From assembly GCA_900543145.1 (NCBI GenBank), contig UQPZ01000002.1, positions 111,497 to 175,496 on the forward strand: 64,000 nt of DNA, given 5' to 3'. Shown one piece after another: positions 16,832 through 27,514 of this stretch (position 1 is its first letter; the number at the start of each line of letters is the position of its first letter). The stretch is from an uncultured Ruminococcus sp. (GTDB lineage: Bacteria > Bacillota > Clostridia > Oscillospirales > Ruminococcaceae). A program made the translations under genes and the position numbers. Below the pieces are notes generated by a model, which was not told the origin of the DNA, did not search any database, and saw only the letters and a list, made by a program, of their open reading frames with translations.

Positions 16832-18700
16832 TTGATTACTGAAAATTTTGAAATTATAATAGTCGGAGCAGGTCATGCGGGCTGTGAGGCGGCGCTGGCG
16901 GCGGCGCGTCTTGGTCTTAAAACTGCGGTTTTTACCATTACGCTTGACGGTATCGCGAATATGCCCTGCAATCCGTCTATCGGCGGTACTGCAAAGGGTC
17001 ATCTTGTTCGGGAGATCGACGCCCTCGGAGGAGAAATGGGAAGAGCCGCCGACGCTACGTTTTTGCAGAGCAGAATGCTCAACAGGGGGAAAGGCCCGGC
17101 AGTACACAGTCTGAGGGTTCAGGCGGACAGGGTAAAATATCACACCTATATGAAGCAAGCTCTGGAGCAATGTGAAAACCTGAGGATAAAGCAGGACGAA
17201 ATATGCGTAATAACCGCTGAAAACGGCAGGGTAACCGGCGTTGTAACCAGACTTGGCACGGAATACGGCGCAAAGGCGGTAATTATCGCCAGCGGCACAT
17301 ATCTTAACGGAGAGATACACGTCGGGGCGGTATCCTACCCCAGCGGGCCTGATTCGGTTCTTCCGGCTCAGTTTCTTTCGGATTCCTTAAAGGAGCTTGG
17401 TATAAGCCTGAGAAGATTCAAAACCGGCACTCCTGCAAGAGTACATAAGAGATCAATTGATTTTGACGCTCTCGAAAGGCAGGACGGCGATGAGGAAATA
17501 GTTCCGTTTGCCTTTGACAGCTGCGGCAGGCTTGAAAACAAGGTCGCCTGCTATGTAGCCTATACCAATGATGAAACTCACCGTATAATCAGGGAGAATA
17601 TTCATTTATCACCTATTTATTCAGGCAGGATAAACGCAGTAGGCCCTAGATACTGCCCGTCTATCGAGGACAAGATAATGAGGTTCCCCGACAAGCTCCG
17701 CCATCAGCTTTTTATTGAGCCGATGGGACTTGATACGGACGAATATTATCTCCAGGGAATGAGCTCCTCCCTGCCCGAGTGGGTACAGCTTAAATTCCTG
17801 AGAACGATAAAAGGACTTGAAAATGTTGAGATAATGAGGAACGCATATGCAATAGAATACGACTGCTGCGATCCTACCCAGCTGCTCCCTACCCTTGAAT
17901 TCAAAAACGTTTCGGGACTTTACGGAGCGGGGCAGTTCAACGGTACATCAGGCTATGAGGAGGCGGCGGCGCAGGGACTTATCGCAGGAATAAACGCCGC
18001 TTTGAAGATTAAGGGGGAAGAGCCGCTTATTTTAGACAGGGCGTCCTCCTATACCGGAACACTTATAGACGATCTTGTAACAAAGGGCTGTTCCGATCCT
18101 TACCGCATGATGACCTCCAGAAGCGAATACAGACTGCTTCTGCGGCAGGATAATGCAGACATAAGGCTTACTCCGATCGGTCATAGAACAGGACTTATTT
18201 CTGACGAAAGATATAACGCTCTGCTAGAAAAGGAACGTCAGATCGACCGAGAAATAAAGCGTATTTCACACGTTAATCTTGCGCCCTCCGCCGAGCTTAA
18301 CGCTTATCTTGAAGCCGCAGGGACCGAGCCGCTTTCAACAGGAATCAAGCTTTCACAGCTTTTGAGGCGTCCGCAGGTCTGCTATAAAAGGCTTGCGCCG
18401 TTTGATCCTGAGCGTCCTCAGCTTGACGGGCAGGTACAGGAGCAGGTCGAGCTTCAGATCAAGTATGACGGCTACATAAAAATTCAGCTCGAGCAGGTCG
18501 AGGCTATGCGAAAGCTTGAATCAAAGGCGTTGCCTGCCGACGCAGATTATTCCCAGATAAGGGGGCTGAGGCTTGAGGCGGCGGAAAAGCTCAATAGGAT
18601 AAAGCCCCTAAGCGTAGGACAGGCAAGCAGAATTTCGGGAGTAAATCCCGCCGACGTAAACGTTCTGCTGATCTGGCTGTCGCAGAGAGGACAGAGGTAA
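16832..18700 (+). CDS. mnmG: tRNA uridine 5-carboxymethylaminomethyl modification enzyme MnmG (GidA)
   Basis: FAD-binding [23 protein letters not shown] start chosen 9 nt after AAGAGG. The track ORF begins at 16802, also a TTG. Confidence 0.9.
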   Translation: MITENFEIIIVGAGHAGCEAALAAARLGLKTAVFTITLDGIANMPCNPSIGGTAKGHLVREIDALGGEMGRAADATFLQSRMLNRGKGPAVHSLRVQADRVKYHTYMKQALEQCENLRIKQDEICVITAENGRVTGVVTRLGTEYGAKAVIIASGTYLNGEIHVGAVSYPSGPDSVLPAQFLSDSLKELGISLRRFKTGTPARVHKRSIDFDALERQDGDEEIVPFAFDSCGRLENKVACYVAYTNDETHRIIRENIHLSPIYSGRINAVGPRYCPSIEDKIMRFPDKLRHQLFIEPMGLDTDEYYLQGMSSSLPEWVQLKFLRTIKGLENVEIMRNAYAIEYDCCDPTQLLPTLEFKNVSGLYGAGQFNGTSGYEEAAAQGLIAGINAALKIKGEEPLILDRASSYTGTLIDDLVTKGCSDPYRMMTSRSEYRLLLRQDNADIRLTPIGHRTGLISDERYNALLEKERQIDREIKRISHVNLAPSAELNAYLEAAGTEPLSTGIKLSQLLRRPQVCYKRLAPFDPERPQLDGQVQEQVELQIKYDGYIKIQLEQVEAMRKLESKALPADADYSQIRGLRLEAAEKLNRIKPLSVGQASRISGVNPADVNVLLIWLSQRGQR

Positions 18701-18826
18701 TCAATATTTAAGCCGCCCGAGTTTTATGCGGCTATATTTGCGGAATATTATAGGACGTCTTGAAAAAAGCAGGATTATTCTGTAATGAGCGATTTTCTGC
18801 AATGAACTTAAAGAGGAGAAACTTAA

Positions 18827-19540
18827 ATGCTTATATCAAAACCGGAGCTTGACAGGCTTTTCGGAGAATACCACATCGGAGTAAGCGATGAGCAGTATAA
18901 AAAGCTATCGGTATATTCAGCCATGCTGACCGAGTGGAATGAAAAAATCAACCTCACTGCTATAACCGATCCTGAGGGGATCGCACTAAAGCACTTTTTC
19001 GACAGCGTTTATCCGTTTACGCTTTTTGACGTTCCGTCAGGGGCGGAGGTAATAGACGTAGGAACGGGAGCAGGATTTCCCTCCTGTCCGCTGAAGATCT
19101 TCAGGGAGGATATAAAGCTTACGCTGCTTGACAGTCTGAATAAGCGAATTAAATTTCTCTCTGAACTTTCAGATAAGCTTGAATTGTCCGCCGAATGCAT
19201 ACACGGAAGAGCGGAGGAGCTTGGAAGAAAGCCTGAATACCGTGAAAAATTCGATATTGCAACTGCCAGAGCGGTAGCTGATCTTTCTTTGCTCTGTGAA
19301 TACTGTATGCCGTTTGTTAAGACAGGAGGAGTTTTTGCGGCGCTGAAGGGCGCTGACGGAAGGAAGGAGCTTGAAGCTTCTGAAAACGCCGTAAGGATAC
19401 TTGGAGGAAAGACCGAACTTTGCAGGGAATATTCGCTTCCCAACGGTGATAAGAGATGTCTTATCATAATCAGAAAAGTAAAGGCGTCTCCAGAGAAATA
19501 TCCGCGGAACAAAGGTCAGATGACAAAAAAGCCGCTTTAA
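18827..19540 (+). CDS. rsmG: 16S rRNA (guanine527-N7)-methyltransferase RsmG
   Basis: GidB-family architecture with SAM motif DVGTGAGFP. RBS AAGAGGAG. Confidence 0.85.
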   Translation: MLISKPELDRLFGEYHIGVSDEQYKKLSVYSAMLTEWNEKINLTAITDPEGIALKHFFDSVYPFTLFDVPSGAEVIDVGTGAGFPSCPLKIFREDIKLTLLDSLNKRIKFLSELSDKLELSAECIHGRAEELGRKPEYREKFDIATARAVADLSLLCEYCMPFVKTGGVFAALKGADGRKELEASENAVRILGGKTELCREYSLPNGDKRCLIIIRKVKASPEKYPRNKGQMTKKPL

Positions 19541-19707
19541 GAGCCTGTATTTTTATGTGATATAACTAAATAAAAATCATGGAATTTGTTAATATTTATA
19601 TAGCTTTTTATTGAAAAAACTATTGACAAAAACATTAAATTAGGGTACTATTATAATATTAGAATGTATTTTAGTCAATATGAAAAATTAACGGGAGGAA
19701 ACGTTTT

Positions 19708-20460
19708 ATGTCAAAATTCTGTACTACCTGCGGCGCTCAGCTTGACGACAGCGCAACATTCTGCACAAGCTGCGGAGCGGCACAGCAGGAGCAGCCGAAG
19801 CAGGCTGAAAATACGGCAGCTGCCGGAGAGGCGGGTAAAAACTCTTTCAGCGGTATTATGGATAAGGTCAATGTAGACGCTGTAAAGGATTCGCTTTCAA
19901 TGGAGAATATCAAGGGACTGAAAACAAATCCGAATAAGGGTACGCTTATCGCGTTAGGCTGTATTGCGGTCGTTGCTATTCTTATAATCGTTCTTATCTG
20001 CAATCTGCTGTTCGGAGGCGCATACAAAAAGCCGATCACAAATATGCTGAAGGGAATGGAAAAGGCTGACGGTTCGCTGATAGTAAAGGCTCTGCCAAAA
20101 TGCGAGGTCGATTACTATGAGGAAGAGTACATAGATAAATCAGACAAATACGACAACGTTGAGGAATATTTTGAGGATACTATCGACACGACACTTAAGT
20201 TTTTTGAGGAAGAATACGGTGACGATATAAAGCTTTCATACAGCGTTGAAAAGAAAACAAAGCTTTCCGACGGCAAGCTCAAGGATATAAGAAAAGACCT
20301 TGAGGATAAATACGATGCCGACGTTGAGGTAACAAAGGGTTATAAGGTAAAGGTCGAAATGAAGATCAAGGGCGACGACGATGAAGATGAAAATAAAACA
20401 ACGTTTACAGTCGCTAAGGTAGACGGAGACTGGGTAATTGTAGACGGCGGTTTTATCTGA
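19708..20460 (+). CDS. Zinc-ribbon domain membrane protein
   Basis: N-terminal CTTCG...CTSCG zinc ribbon, one TM helix, and an acidic extracellular domain. Confidence 0.5.
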   Translation: MSKFCTTCGAQLDDSATFCTSCGAAQQEQPKQAENTAAAGEAGKNSFSGIMDKVNVDAVKDSLSMENIKGLKTNPNKGTLIALGCIAVVAILIIVLICNLLFGGAYKKPITNMLKGMEKADGSLIVKALPKCEVDYYEEEYIDKSDKYDNVEEYFEDTIDTTLKFFEEEYGDDIKLSYSVEKKTKLSDGKLKDIRKDLEDKYDADVEVTKGYKVKVEMKIKGDDDEDENKTTFTVAKVDGDWVIVDGGFI

Positions 20461-20480
20461 TCATATAATATCAGCTGACA

Positions 20481-20510
20481 GGGACGGACAGAAGAGTCCG
20501 TCCTTTTTTA
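20481..20510 (+). terminator. Rho-independent terminator
   Basis: GGGACGGA-cagaagag-TCCGTCC followed by TTTTTT. Confidence 0.65.
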
Positions 20511-20549
20511 GAGAATAGGCTATCGGCGGGTTTTGCAAAGGGGGTCATT

Positions 20550-21092
20550 ATGCATAGTAATAGTAAAAGGCGCGGCGTTTTTTTTATTTCAGCGCTTGTT
20601 ATAATGCTGATCATCTCCGGCTGCGGGGATAAAAGTCAAACTGCAAAATCTGTGCTTAATTACGAGCAGCCTGCGGTAACGATGATAAGAGCGGTAAAGC
20701 TTCTCGATACGAAGTCTTACCTGAACTGTTTTACGCCGGGGGCAAGGGAGAAATACGAAAAGAGCGAGAATTATAATTCAAGGCTTGCCGAGGTACTGCT
20801 GCCGCGGCAGGAAACCGTAGCTGCACCGGTAAAAATAAAAACGCTGTCGGCCGAAGAGCTTGAAGGCGACGCTGTATCGCAGCTTGAAGCGGATTACAGG
20901 GAAATGTACAGCAGGAGAATAAGCATAAGCAAGGCATATAAGCTTTCCGTCGAAATAAGCACTTTCCAGAACGGAAAGGGAGCATCCGATATAAGGGATA
21001 TTACCGTTATCAATAACGGAGGAGGCTGGCTTATCTACGGGGATATTATCGAAGAATTTAATTTCAATGAAAAGCAGGCAAAAATAAATTAA
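20550..21092 (+). CDS. Hypothetical lipoprotein
   Basis: Lipobox LIISGCGD. 180 aa. Confidence 0.5.
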   Translation: MHSNSKRRGVFFISALVIMLIISGCGDKSQTAKSVLNYEQPAVTMIRAVKLLDTKSYLNCFTPGAREKYEKSENYNSRLAEVLLPRQETVAAPVKIKTLSAEELEGDAVSQLEADYREMYSRRISISKAYKLSVEISTFQNGKGASDIRDITVINNGGGWLIYGDIIEEFNFNEKQAKIN

Positions 21093-21108
21093 GAAAGGAA
21101 ATGGTCTA

Positions 21109-21948
21109 ATGTCAGTAATTTGTCAGAAATGCGGAACTGAGCTGCCTGATAATGCAAAATTCTGCGGCTCATGCGGAAACAATATTGCGGCGGCTAAAAG
21201 AAATGCCTCTGATATATGCCCCAACTGCGGAAGTCAACTGAAGGGAGGAGCTAAGTTCTGCAGTGTATGCGGAGCAAAGATATTTGCGGCGCAGGAAGCT
21301 CCTGCTCCCAAGGCGAAACCCGAGAAGCCGACTATGGACGAGCTTGTCCCGCCTGAAATTACCGATGAGATGTTTGCCGGTCAGGGGCAGACTACGGTCA
21401 GACACGCGGGCGACCCTGATTTTGATCCGATTCTTCCTCCCGGGGCAGAGCCTGCGGAAAAAGCCGCTGCGGTCCAGCCGTCGGAGGAGGAGTTAAGGGC
21501 GGCGGCTCAGGAGGACAGCTTTGTTGCTGAAACTCCGTCGGTTGCTGAAACTCCGATTATAAACGACAGCTATTATGCAGGGGTGACTGATACACAGCCT
21601 CAGGCAGATCAGACGGCATATCAGGAGTCGGCGTATCAGTCCTCATCGGTACAGAACGCAGCTTCTGCTCAGACCTATTCGGCGGCAAACAATATTTCCT
21701 CCGGCAACACACAGCCTTTAAATTACGGAAATATGCCTGATCAGCAGTATACTGCTCCTGTTCAGCAGAACGTTACGCCGGGAAAGAACCCCAGTGTACT
21801 TTTGCCGATAATACTTATTGTACTGATACTTGCAGTGATTGCGGTAGATATTTTTGTGCTGTTCCCGGACAGGATATTCGGTGAAAAGGACTCTGCGGCG
21901 GAAAAGGAAGCGGCGGCAGTATTCTATATTGACGAAGCAGAATATTGA
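21109..21948 (+). CDS. Double zinc-ribbon, Pro/Gln-rich membrane protein
   Basis: Two CxxC...CxxC ribbons (CQKCG...CGSCG; CPNCG...CSVCG), a low-complexity linker and a C-terminal TM helix. Confidence 0.5.
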   Translation: MSVICQKCGTELPDNAKFCGSCGNNIAAAKRNASDICPNCGSQLKGGAKFCSVCGAKIFAAQEAPAPKAKPEKPTMDELVPPEITDEMFAGQGQTTVRHAGDPDFDPILPPGAEPAEKAAAVQPSEEELRAAAQEDSFVAETPSVAETPIINDSYYAGVTDTQPQADQTAYQESAYQSSSVQNAASAQTYSAANNISSGNTQPLNYGNMPDQQYTAPVQQNVTPGKNPSVLLPIILIVLILAVIAVDIFVLFPDRIFGEKDSAAEKEAAAVFYIDEAEY

Positions 21949-21960
21949 AAATAAAGAATA

Positions 21961-22003
21961 ACGGACGGACGCAGTTTTTTCCCTGCGTCCGTCCGTTTTA
22001 TTA
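21961..22003. terminator. Bidirectional Rho-independent terminator
   Basis: CGGACGGACGCAG-ttttttcc-CTGCGTCCGTCCG followed by TTTTATT, between convergent genes. Confidence 0.7.
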
Positions 22004-22032
22004 TGTGAAACAGCCGAATATTTGCTGTATAG

Positions 22033-23196
22033 CTACGGGGTATATACGCCCAGCTGTTTTCCGTTTTCGTAGATAACTCTCGGAACACGGGCGGAGATCT
22101 GACAAACGATCTCGTAGCCGATAGTTCCGGTTAGATCGGCTATATCGTCGGCGGTAATGGTTTCATTTCCGTCTGTTCCTATAAGAGTTGCGGTATCTCC
22201 GGGTCTGACGTTTTCTATTTCGGTAACGTCGCACATAAACTGGTCCATACAAACCCGTCCTGTGATCGGAGCGCGTTTTCCGTGAATAATTACATAGCCC
22301 TTTCCTGACAGCGCTCTGGGGTAGCCGTCCGCATAGCCGCAGGTTATAGTGGCGAGGACTGTGGTTTTTTCGGTTATATATGTTCTGCCGTAGCTTACGC
22401 ATACTCCCGGCTCTACTGTTTTGACCTGAGATACCGCCGCTTTAAGATCCATTACCGGGGAAAGTCTGAACGGGAGCGGATTTGAGGTGCTGGGCATCAG
22501 TCCGTAGAGAATTATTCCCAGCCTGGCAAGAGTACTGCGCGGCTCTTTATAATAGATACCTCCCGCAGAATTAAGGCAGTGAGCCTGAGAAGGTCTGAAA
22601 CCTCGTTTACAGAGTTCGTCGTAAACCTGAAAGAACTTATCTGTCTGAGCCTTGGTATAGGCGGTATCCTCTGGGGTCTGACTGTCTGCGGCGGCATAGT
22701 GAGTAAAAATACCTTCGGCGGAAATTCCGGGCAGAGAGGATATTTTCTCAAATTCGCCGCATATCTCGGAAACCGTTCCTCTAAGTCCTATCCTTGTCAT
22801 ACCTGTATCTACAGCGGCGTGACAGCGCAGCGTTCTGCCTTTTAAATTTTCTGACAGGCGTTGGGCATAGGAATATTCCGTAACCGCCTGAATAATATTA
22901 TTTTCCGCAAGCTCGGTCGCCGCTTCGGGGGGAGTGTAGCCGAGAATAAGTATCTCGCCCTTTATGCCTAATTTTCTTAGGCGCAGAGCTTCGACCTCGT
23001 TTGAAACGGCAAACCATTTTACATTCAGCTTATTTTCCAGGAAGGGACAGACTGCCTCATCGCTGTGTCCGTAGCAGTACGCCTTTACGACGCACATAAG
23101 CTCGTTATCGGGACAGAGCCGCTGTTTATAGTTCATCAGGTTTTTTTCAAGACGGTCGAGATGAATTTCCGCCCAGGTTCTTTTAAGATAGTCCAT
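22033..23196 (-). CDS. alr: Alanine racemase
   Basis: PLP-lysine motif VVKAYCYGHS, 387 aa, typical fold-III N-terminal barrel plus C-terminal beta domain. Confidence 0.85.
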   Translation of the reverse strand: MDYLKRTWAEIHLDRLEKNLMNYKQRLCPDNELMCVVKAYCYGHSDEAVCPFLENKLNVKWFAVSNEVEALRLRKLGIKGEILILGYTPPEAATELAENNIIQAVTEYSYAQRLSENLKGRTLRCHAAVDTGMTRIGLRGTVSEICGEFEKISSLPGISAEGIFTHYAAADSQTPEDTAYTKAQTDKFFQVYDELCKRGFRPSQAHCLNSAGGIYYKEPRSTLARLGIILYGLMPSTSNPLPFRLSPVMDLKAAVSQVKTVEPGVCVSYGRTYITEKTTVLATITCGYADGYPRALSGKGYVIIHGKRAPITGRVCMDQFMCDVTEIENVRPGDTATLIGTDGNETITADDIADLTGTIGYEIVCQISARVPRVIYENGKQLGVYTP

Positions 23197-23397
23197 TTAT
23201 AACTGCCCGCTGAAAAATACCGCGCAGCAGGGAACAGCGGGTCTGCCTCCGTTTCGTAAAATTTCTGCGCGTAAATTTATATTCTTTTTTTGGCATATGC
23301 TATTGAAAAATGCCGCGTTCTGTGTTATAATATATTTTGATTAAGCCGACGGCAGGAGAATACGCTCCGCCGTTTCATGAAAGAGTGTGTCTTTTTT

Positions 23398-23970
23398 ATG
23401 ACTGAAAATTACGGAATAGAAAAAGCCTCCTGCTGCTGCTTTACCGGTCACAGAAGCCGGGATCTGCCCTTTTTTGGGGACAGGGATAAGCAGGGCATGA
23501 AATGTCTTATCAGCAATATTCAGCTTGCCGTTGAAAACGCAGTTGACGACGGGTATAAGACCTTTATTTCCGGAATGGCGGAGGGAACGGATCTTATCTG
23601 CGCCGAGATTGTTCATAATCTTATCCACAGAAAGGGCTTTGATATAAAGCTTATATGCGCTCTACCCTATAAGAATCAGGGACTGAGGGAGCTTTCAGAG
23701 CCCCTTGATCGATATATCTACAGCATGATAATCGAAAGCTGCGACAATATCGTTTATGTATGCGACAGCTACAGAAAGGACTGCTACAGACTGAGAAACC
23801 AGTTTATGGTAGACAATTCCTCGAGGATCATAGGAGTTTTCAAGCGCAAGCTGAGAGGCTCGGGAACGTTGCAAACTATAAATATGGCAAAGGCCGCCGG
23901 ACTGGAGCTTAATATAATCGACCTTGACAGCAATCCGGTATTCTATATAGATTCAGTCAGAAAGCTTTAG
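23398..23970 (+). CDS. DUF1273 / YpsA-like SLOG-family protein
   Basis: Signature CCFTGHR near the N-terminus in a Rossmann-like SLOG fold. Start set at MTENYG. The track ORF starts at 23377. Confidence 0.5.
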   Translation: MTENYGIEKASCCCFTGHRSRDLPFFGDRDKQGMKCLISNIQLAVENAVDDGYKTFISGMAEGTDLICAEIVHNLIHRKGFDIKLICALPYKNQGLRELSEPLDRYIYSMIIESCDNIVYVCDSYRKDCYRLRNQFMVDNSSRIIGVFKRKLRGSGTLQTINMAKAAGLELNIIDLDSNPVFYIDSVRKL

Positions 23971-24060
23971 CGTACTATAATAGTTTACACCTAAATTGTG
24001 AAATGTTCAAGTATTTTTTTATACATATGATAAGTATTCAGTAAGGAGCGTTTAAATTAT

Positions 24061-24999
24061 ATGTCCGAAACAGCAAAGAAGAAAAACAGAAAGAGATCCC
24101 AGGCGCCGGTCGCTCTGGTTTATTTTGCGACAATGCTGCTTTTTCTTGCGGTATTTGCGTTTTTCGCAACTCTTCTGCTCGAAAAGGTTGAGTCATGGAA
24201 CAAGCCCAAGGAGGAGGAGCCGATCGCTCCGCCTCAGTCATACAATACTATGTATGCAAGGGTAAACAGCAAAAACGTTCTTGTAGACGTTTCTATAGTA
24301 AGAGTTTCGCCGGAAAAGAAGCAGATAATCGTAACGCCCTGCTCGTCGTTTACGGTAAGCGCTTCGGACGGAGGAGCTACTCTCAGGGAGGTTTATGCCG
24401 ACGGAGGAATAAGAAGGCTTGTAAAGGCTGTTGAGGATACCTTCGGAATTACAGCCGATTACTATCTATCTCTTGACAACGATTCATTTGAGAGCGCAGC
24501 CGATATTCTGGGAGGTATCGTATATACGCCGGAGGAAGACCTTTATTATCTTTCTAAGGACAACGATTCAAACGATGTATCCTACCGCATCGGACAGACG
24601 GTATCGCTTACCGGCAGGGAGATAAGGCTTATATGTCAGTATCCTGTATTTTCCGAGGGTAGGGGCGGCAACATGAAGTTTCTCGGAGAAGTTCTTTATC
24701 AGCTCGTCAACGGAGCGTTCCAGCAGAAAAACATCACAAAAAACAATATTGATAATTTATATGATATAATGACGTCAAATTCGGATACTAATATAACTAA
24801 GAACGATCATAAGCTGCATAAATCCTACATATCCGAGATGCTGAGCGAAAACCTTGAACCGGCAGTAAAGCTTGTGCCTGAGGGAACGTGGACTGACGAA
24901 AAGCATTTTACGGTGTCTGACAGTTTTAAGGCTGAGCTTTCCGACGCATATAGTAAAACCGAGCCGAACGGAGAAGGAATAAGCTCGGATAAGGACTGA
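24061..24999 (+). CDS. LytR-CpsA-Psr (LCP)-like cell-envelope protein
   Basis: N-terminal TM anchor and an extracellular domain with the LCP-like motif SFESAADILGGIVYT. Confidence 0.4.
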   Translation: MSETAKKKNRKRSQAPVALVYFATMLLFLAVFAFFATLLLEKVESWNKPKEEEPIAPPQSYNTMYARVNSKNVLVDVSIVRVSPEKKQIIVTPCSSFTVSASDGGATLREVYADGGIRRLVKAVEDTFGITADYYLSLDNDSFESAADILGGIVYTPEEDLYYLSKDNDSNDVSYRIGQTVSLTGREIRLICQYPVFSEGRGGNMKFLGEVLYQLVNGAFQQKNITKNNIDNLYDIMTSNSDTNITKNDHKLHKSYISEMLSENLEPAVKLVPEGTWTDEKHFTVSDSFKAELSDAYSKTEPNGEGISSDKD

Positions 25000-25022
25000 A
25001 TTTTAATGAAGGGACTGCTGTA

Positions 25023-25391
25023 ATGAAGCTGATGGTAATAATTCTGAATAAGATCGACGCTCTTGACTATCTTCTCGAGGGACTTTCAGCCGCAGGGATA
25101 GGAGGAGCTACGATAATCGAGTCGTCGGGTCTGGCGATGACTCTGTCAAAACTGGACAGTTCGTTTGTCAGCGCTTCTATAAGGGCGCTGTTCAGCGGCG
25201 ACGAGGATAACAGAACGATACTTTCGGTTATCAGGAACGATCAGCTTGAAATTGCAAGAAAGGTCGTATATAATACGGTAGGAGATCTTTCGCTTCCGAA
25301 TACCGGGATACTTTTTACGGTTCCCATTGATTTTGCGGAGGGAATAAGCAAGAACCGAAATAAGGCTGTAAAACCGGCAGAAAAGACTTGA
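25023..25391 (+). CDS. P-II-like small signalling protein (DarA/PstA-like fold)
   Basis: 122 aa. MKLMVIILNK ... GGATIIESSGL matches the PII-like ferredoxin-fold pattern. Confidence 0.4.
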   Translation: MKLMVIILNKIDALDYLLEGLSAAGIGGATIIESSGLAMTLSKLDSSFVSASIRALFSGDEDNRTILSVIRNDQLEIARKVVYNTVGDLSLPNTGILFTVPIDFAEGISKNRNKAVKPAEKT

Positions 25392-25458
25392 CGTAAAAAA
25401 GCTTTACAAAGTGTTAATATCAAATTCATTTTGTGGCTGATAAAAGTCTTTTAGGGTA

Positions 25459-25487
25459 TTGCAAATGCCGATTTTCTGTGGTATAAT
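25459..25487 (+). promoter_or_regulatory. Sigma-A-type promoter of the rimP-nusA-infB operon: TTGCAA-17 nt-TATAAT
   Basis: TTGCAA at 25459-25464 and TATAAT at 25482-25487. A 100-nt structured leader follows. Confidence 0.55.
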
Positions 25488-25588
25488 ATATGTAATACGT
25501 TTAATGAAAGGCTGGAAATCAATTTCCGGTCTTTTGATTTTGTATAGGACGAAGTGCGGATATATCCGCTTAAAATGAGGAGGTATAT

Positions 25589-26077
25589 ATGGAAAAAAAA
25601 AATACCGCCGAGAAGGTAAGGGAGCTTGCGCTTCCGCTCTGCGAAGAGCTTGGACTTTTCCTCTGGGACGTAAGATTTGAAAAGGAGGGAGCGACCTGGT
25701 ACCTGAGGGTATTTATAGACAAGGACGGCGGAGTTGATATGGACGACTGCGAAGCGTTCACAAGACCCTTCAATAAGATCCTTGACGAAGCCGACCCCAT
25801 AGCTCAGAGCTATGTGCTGGAGGTAGGCAGTCCGGGACTGGGCAGGGAGCTGAAACGTCCCGAACATTATGAGGCTTGTATCGGGGATATAATTAAAATA
25901 CGGCTTATCCGTCCCAGGGACGGAATGAAGGAGTTTATTGCAGGACTTGACGGATACGATAAAGAAAAGCTATACTGCCATCTTACTGACGATGACGGAA
26001 ACGCTATTGAGCCTGCGGAGTTTATCATAAAAGAGTGTGCGTCGGTAAAGCTTTATGACGACGCTGATCTGTTTTAA
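25589..26077 (+). CDS. rimP: Ribosome maturation factor RimP
   Basis: Conserved operon position and RimP-length protein. RBS GAGGAGG. Confidence 0.85.
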   Translation: MEKKNTAEKVRELALPLCEELGLFLWDVRFEKEGATWYLRVFIDKDGGVDMDDCEAFTRPFNKILDEADPIAQSYVLEVGSPGLGRELKRPEHYEACIGDIIKIRLIRPRDGMKEFIAGLDGYDKEKLYCHLTDDDGNAIEPAEFIIKECASVKLYDDADLF

Positions 26078-26140
26078 AAACAATGAGCGCACTTCTGCGC
26101 ATTTAAATAGATTTAAGCAAAATAATAATTATCGGAAGGA

Positions 26141-27241
26141 TTGATAGAAAAAATGAACAACGATTTTTTTGAGGCGCTCAGTCTGCTTGAAAAGGAAAAC
26201 AACATTGACGCCGAGGCGCTTATTGAAACCGTAAGACAGGGTATAATGAAAGCTATTAAGAAGGATTACCCTTACTGCGAAAATATTGCGGTCGAGATAG
26301 ACCCGGAAACCAGCAAATTTGAGATGAAGATACTGAAGGAAATTGTAGACGGAGAGCCGTACGACCCTGACAACGAGATAAGCCTTGACGAAGCGCTTAC
26401 GCTTTCAAAGGACGCAAGGGTCGGAGGAACTGCTGAGATACTGCTCAATCCTGCAAAGTTCGGAAGAGTTGCAGCACAGAACGCAAAGCAGTCGATAAAG
26501 CATGAGATCAAGGATTTTGAGCGTGAAAGACTTATAGAGCAGTATAAGGATAAGGTTTACGAATGCGTTTCGGCTACCGTTCAGAAGGTAGAGCCGGCTA
26601 CGCTCAACGCTGTACTTACGATCGACAAAAACGAGGTATACCTTGTAAGAAACGAGCAGATACCGGGAGAGGTCCTCAAGGCAGGAGATATTATAAAGGT
26701 TTATGTTGTCGGCATTGCCAATCCAGAGAAAAAGCCCTCGATAAAGATCTCAAGAACTCACAGGGAGCTTGTAAAAAGGCTGTTTGAAAGAGAAATTCCG
26801 GAGATAGCCGACGGAACGGTAGAAGTAAAGGCTATTTCCAGAGTTGCGGGAGCAAGGTCAAAGATAGCCGTATGCAGCAAGGACCCCAACGTTGACGCAG
26901 TAGGCGCCTGCATAGGACCTAAGAAGTCGAGGATCTCGTCCATAGTGAACGAGCTGAAGGGCGAGAAGATAGACGTAATTCTTTGGAGCGAGGATCAGGC
27001 GGACTTTATCGCCAAGGCTCTAGCACCTGCAGAGGTAAAGCAGGTCATTCTCTCCGAGGAGGAGGGCGTAAGGGAATGCAAGGTTATCGTTCCCAACAAT
27101 CAGCTTTCTTTGGCTATTGGAAACAAGGGGCAGAACGCTAAGCTTGCCGCAGGACTTACGGGCTATAAGATAGATATTCTTCCCGAGATCCCGGCAGAGG
27201 AAGTAATGCCTGAAAACGAAAATATTACAATAGAGGAATAA
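26141..27241 (+). CDS. nusA: Transcription termination/antitermination factor NusA
   Basis: N-terminal domain, S1 and two KH domains, including GxxG IGNKGQNAKLAAGLTG. Confidence 0.9.
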   Translation: MIEKMNNDFFEALSLLEKENNIDAEALIETVRQGIMKAIKKDYPYCENIAVEIDPETSKFEMKILKEIVDGEPYDPDNEISLDEALTLSKDARVGGTAEILLNPAKFGRVAAQNAKQSIKHEIKDFERERLIEQYKDKVYECVSATVQKVEPATLNAVLTIDKNEVYLVRNEQIPGEVLKAGDIIKVYVVGIANPEKKPSIKISRTHRELVKRLFEREIPEIADGTVEVKAISRVAGARSKIAVCSKDPNVDAVGACIGPKKSRISSIVNELKGEKIDVILWSEDQADFIAKALAPAEVKQVILSEEEGVRECKVIVPNNQLSLAIGNKGQNAKLAAGLTGYKIDILPEIPAEEVMPENENITIEE

Positions 27242-27244
27242 GCC

Positions 27245-27514
27245 ATGAAAAGCAAGAGGATCCCTATGAGAATGTGTCTTGGCTGCAATGAAATGAAGCC
27301 GAAAAAAGAGCTTATAAGACTTGTAAAGTCAAAGGACGGAGATATATCGCTTGACCTTACCGGAAAAAAGACCGGAAGAGGAGCTTATATATGCAGAAAC
27401 GTCGAATGCTTTAGAAAGGCAAGGAACGCTCATCGTTTTGAGAGGGCATTCGGTTGCAGGATAAGCGAGGAGCTGTTCGACGGCATGGAGGCGGAGCTTG
27501 AAAATGAACAGTAA
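27245..27514 (+). CDS. ylxR: YlxR-family RNA-binding protein (DUF448)
   Basis: MRMCLGCNEMKPKKELIRLV ... GRGAYIC signature. Confidence 0.8.
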   Translation: MKSKRIPMRMCLGCNEMKPKKELIRLVKSKDGDISLDLTGKKTGRGAYICRNVECFRKARNAHRFERAFGCRISEELFDGMEAELENEQ

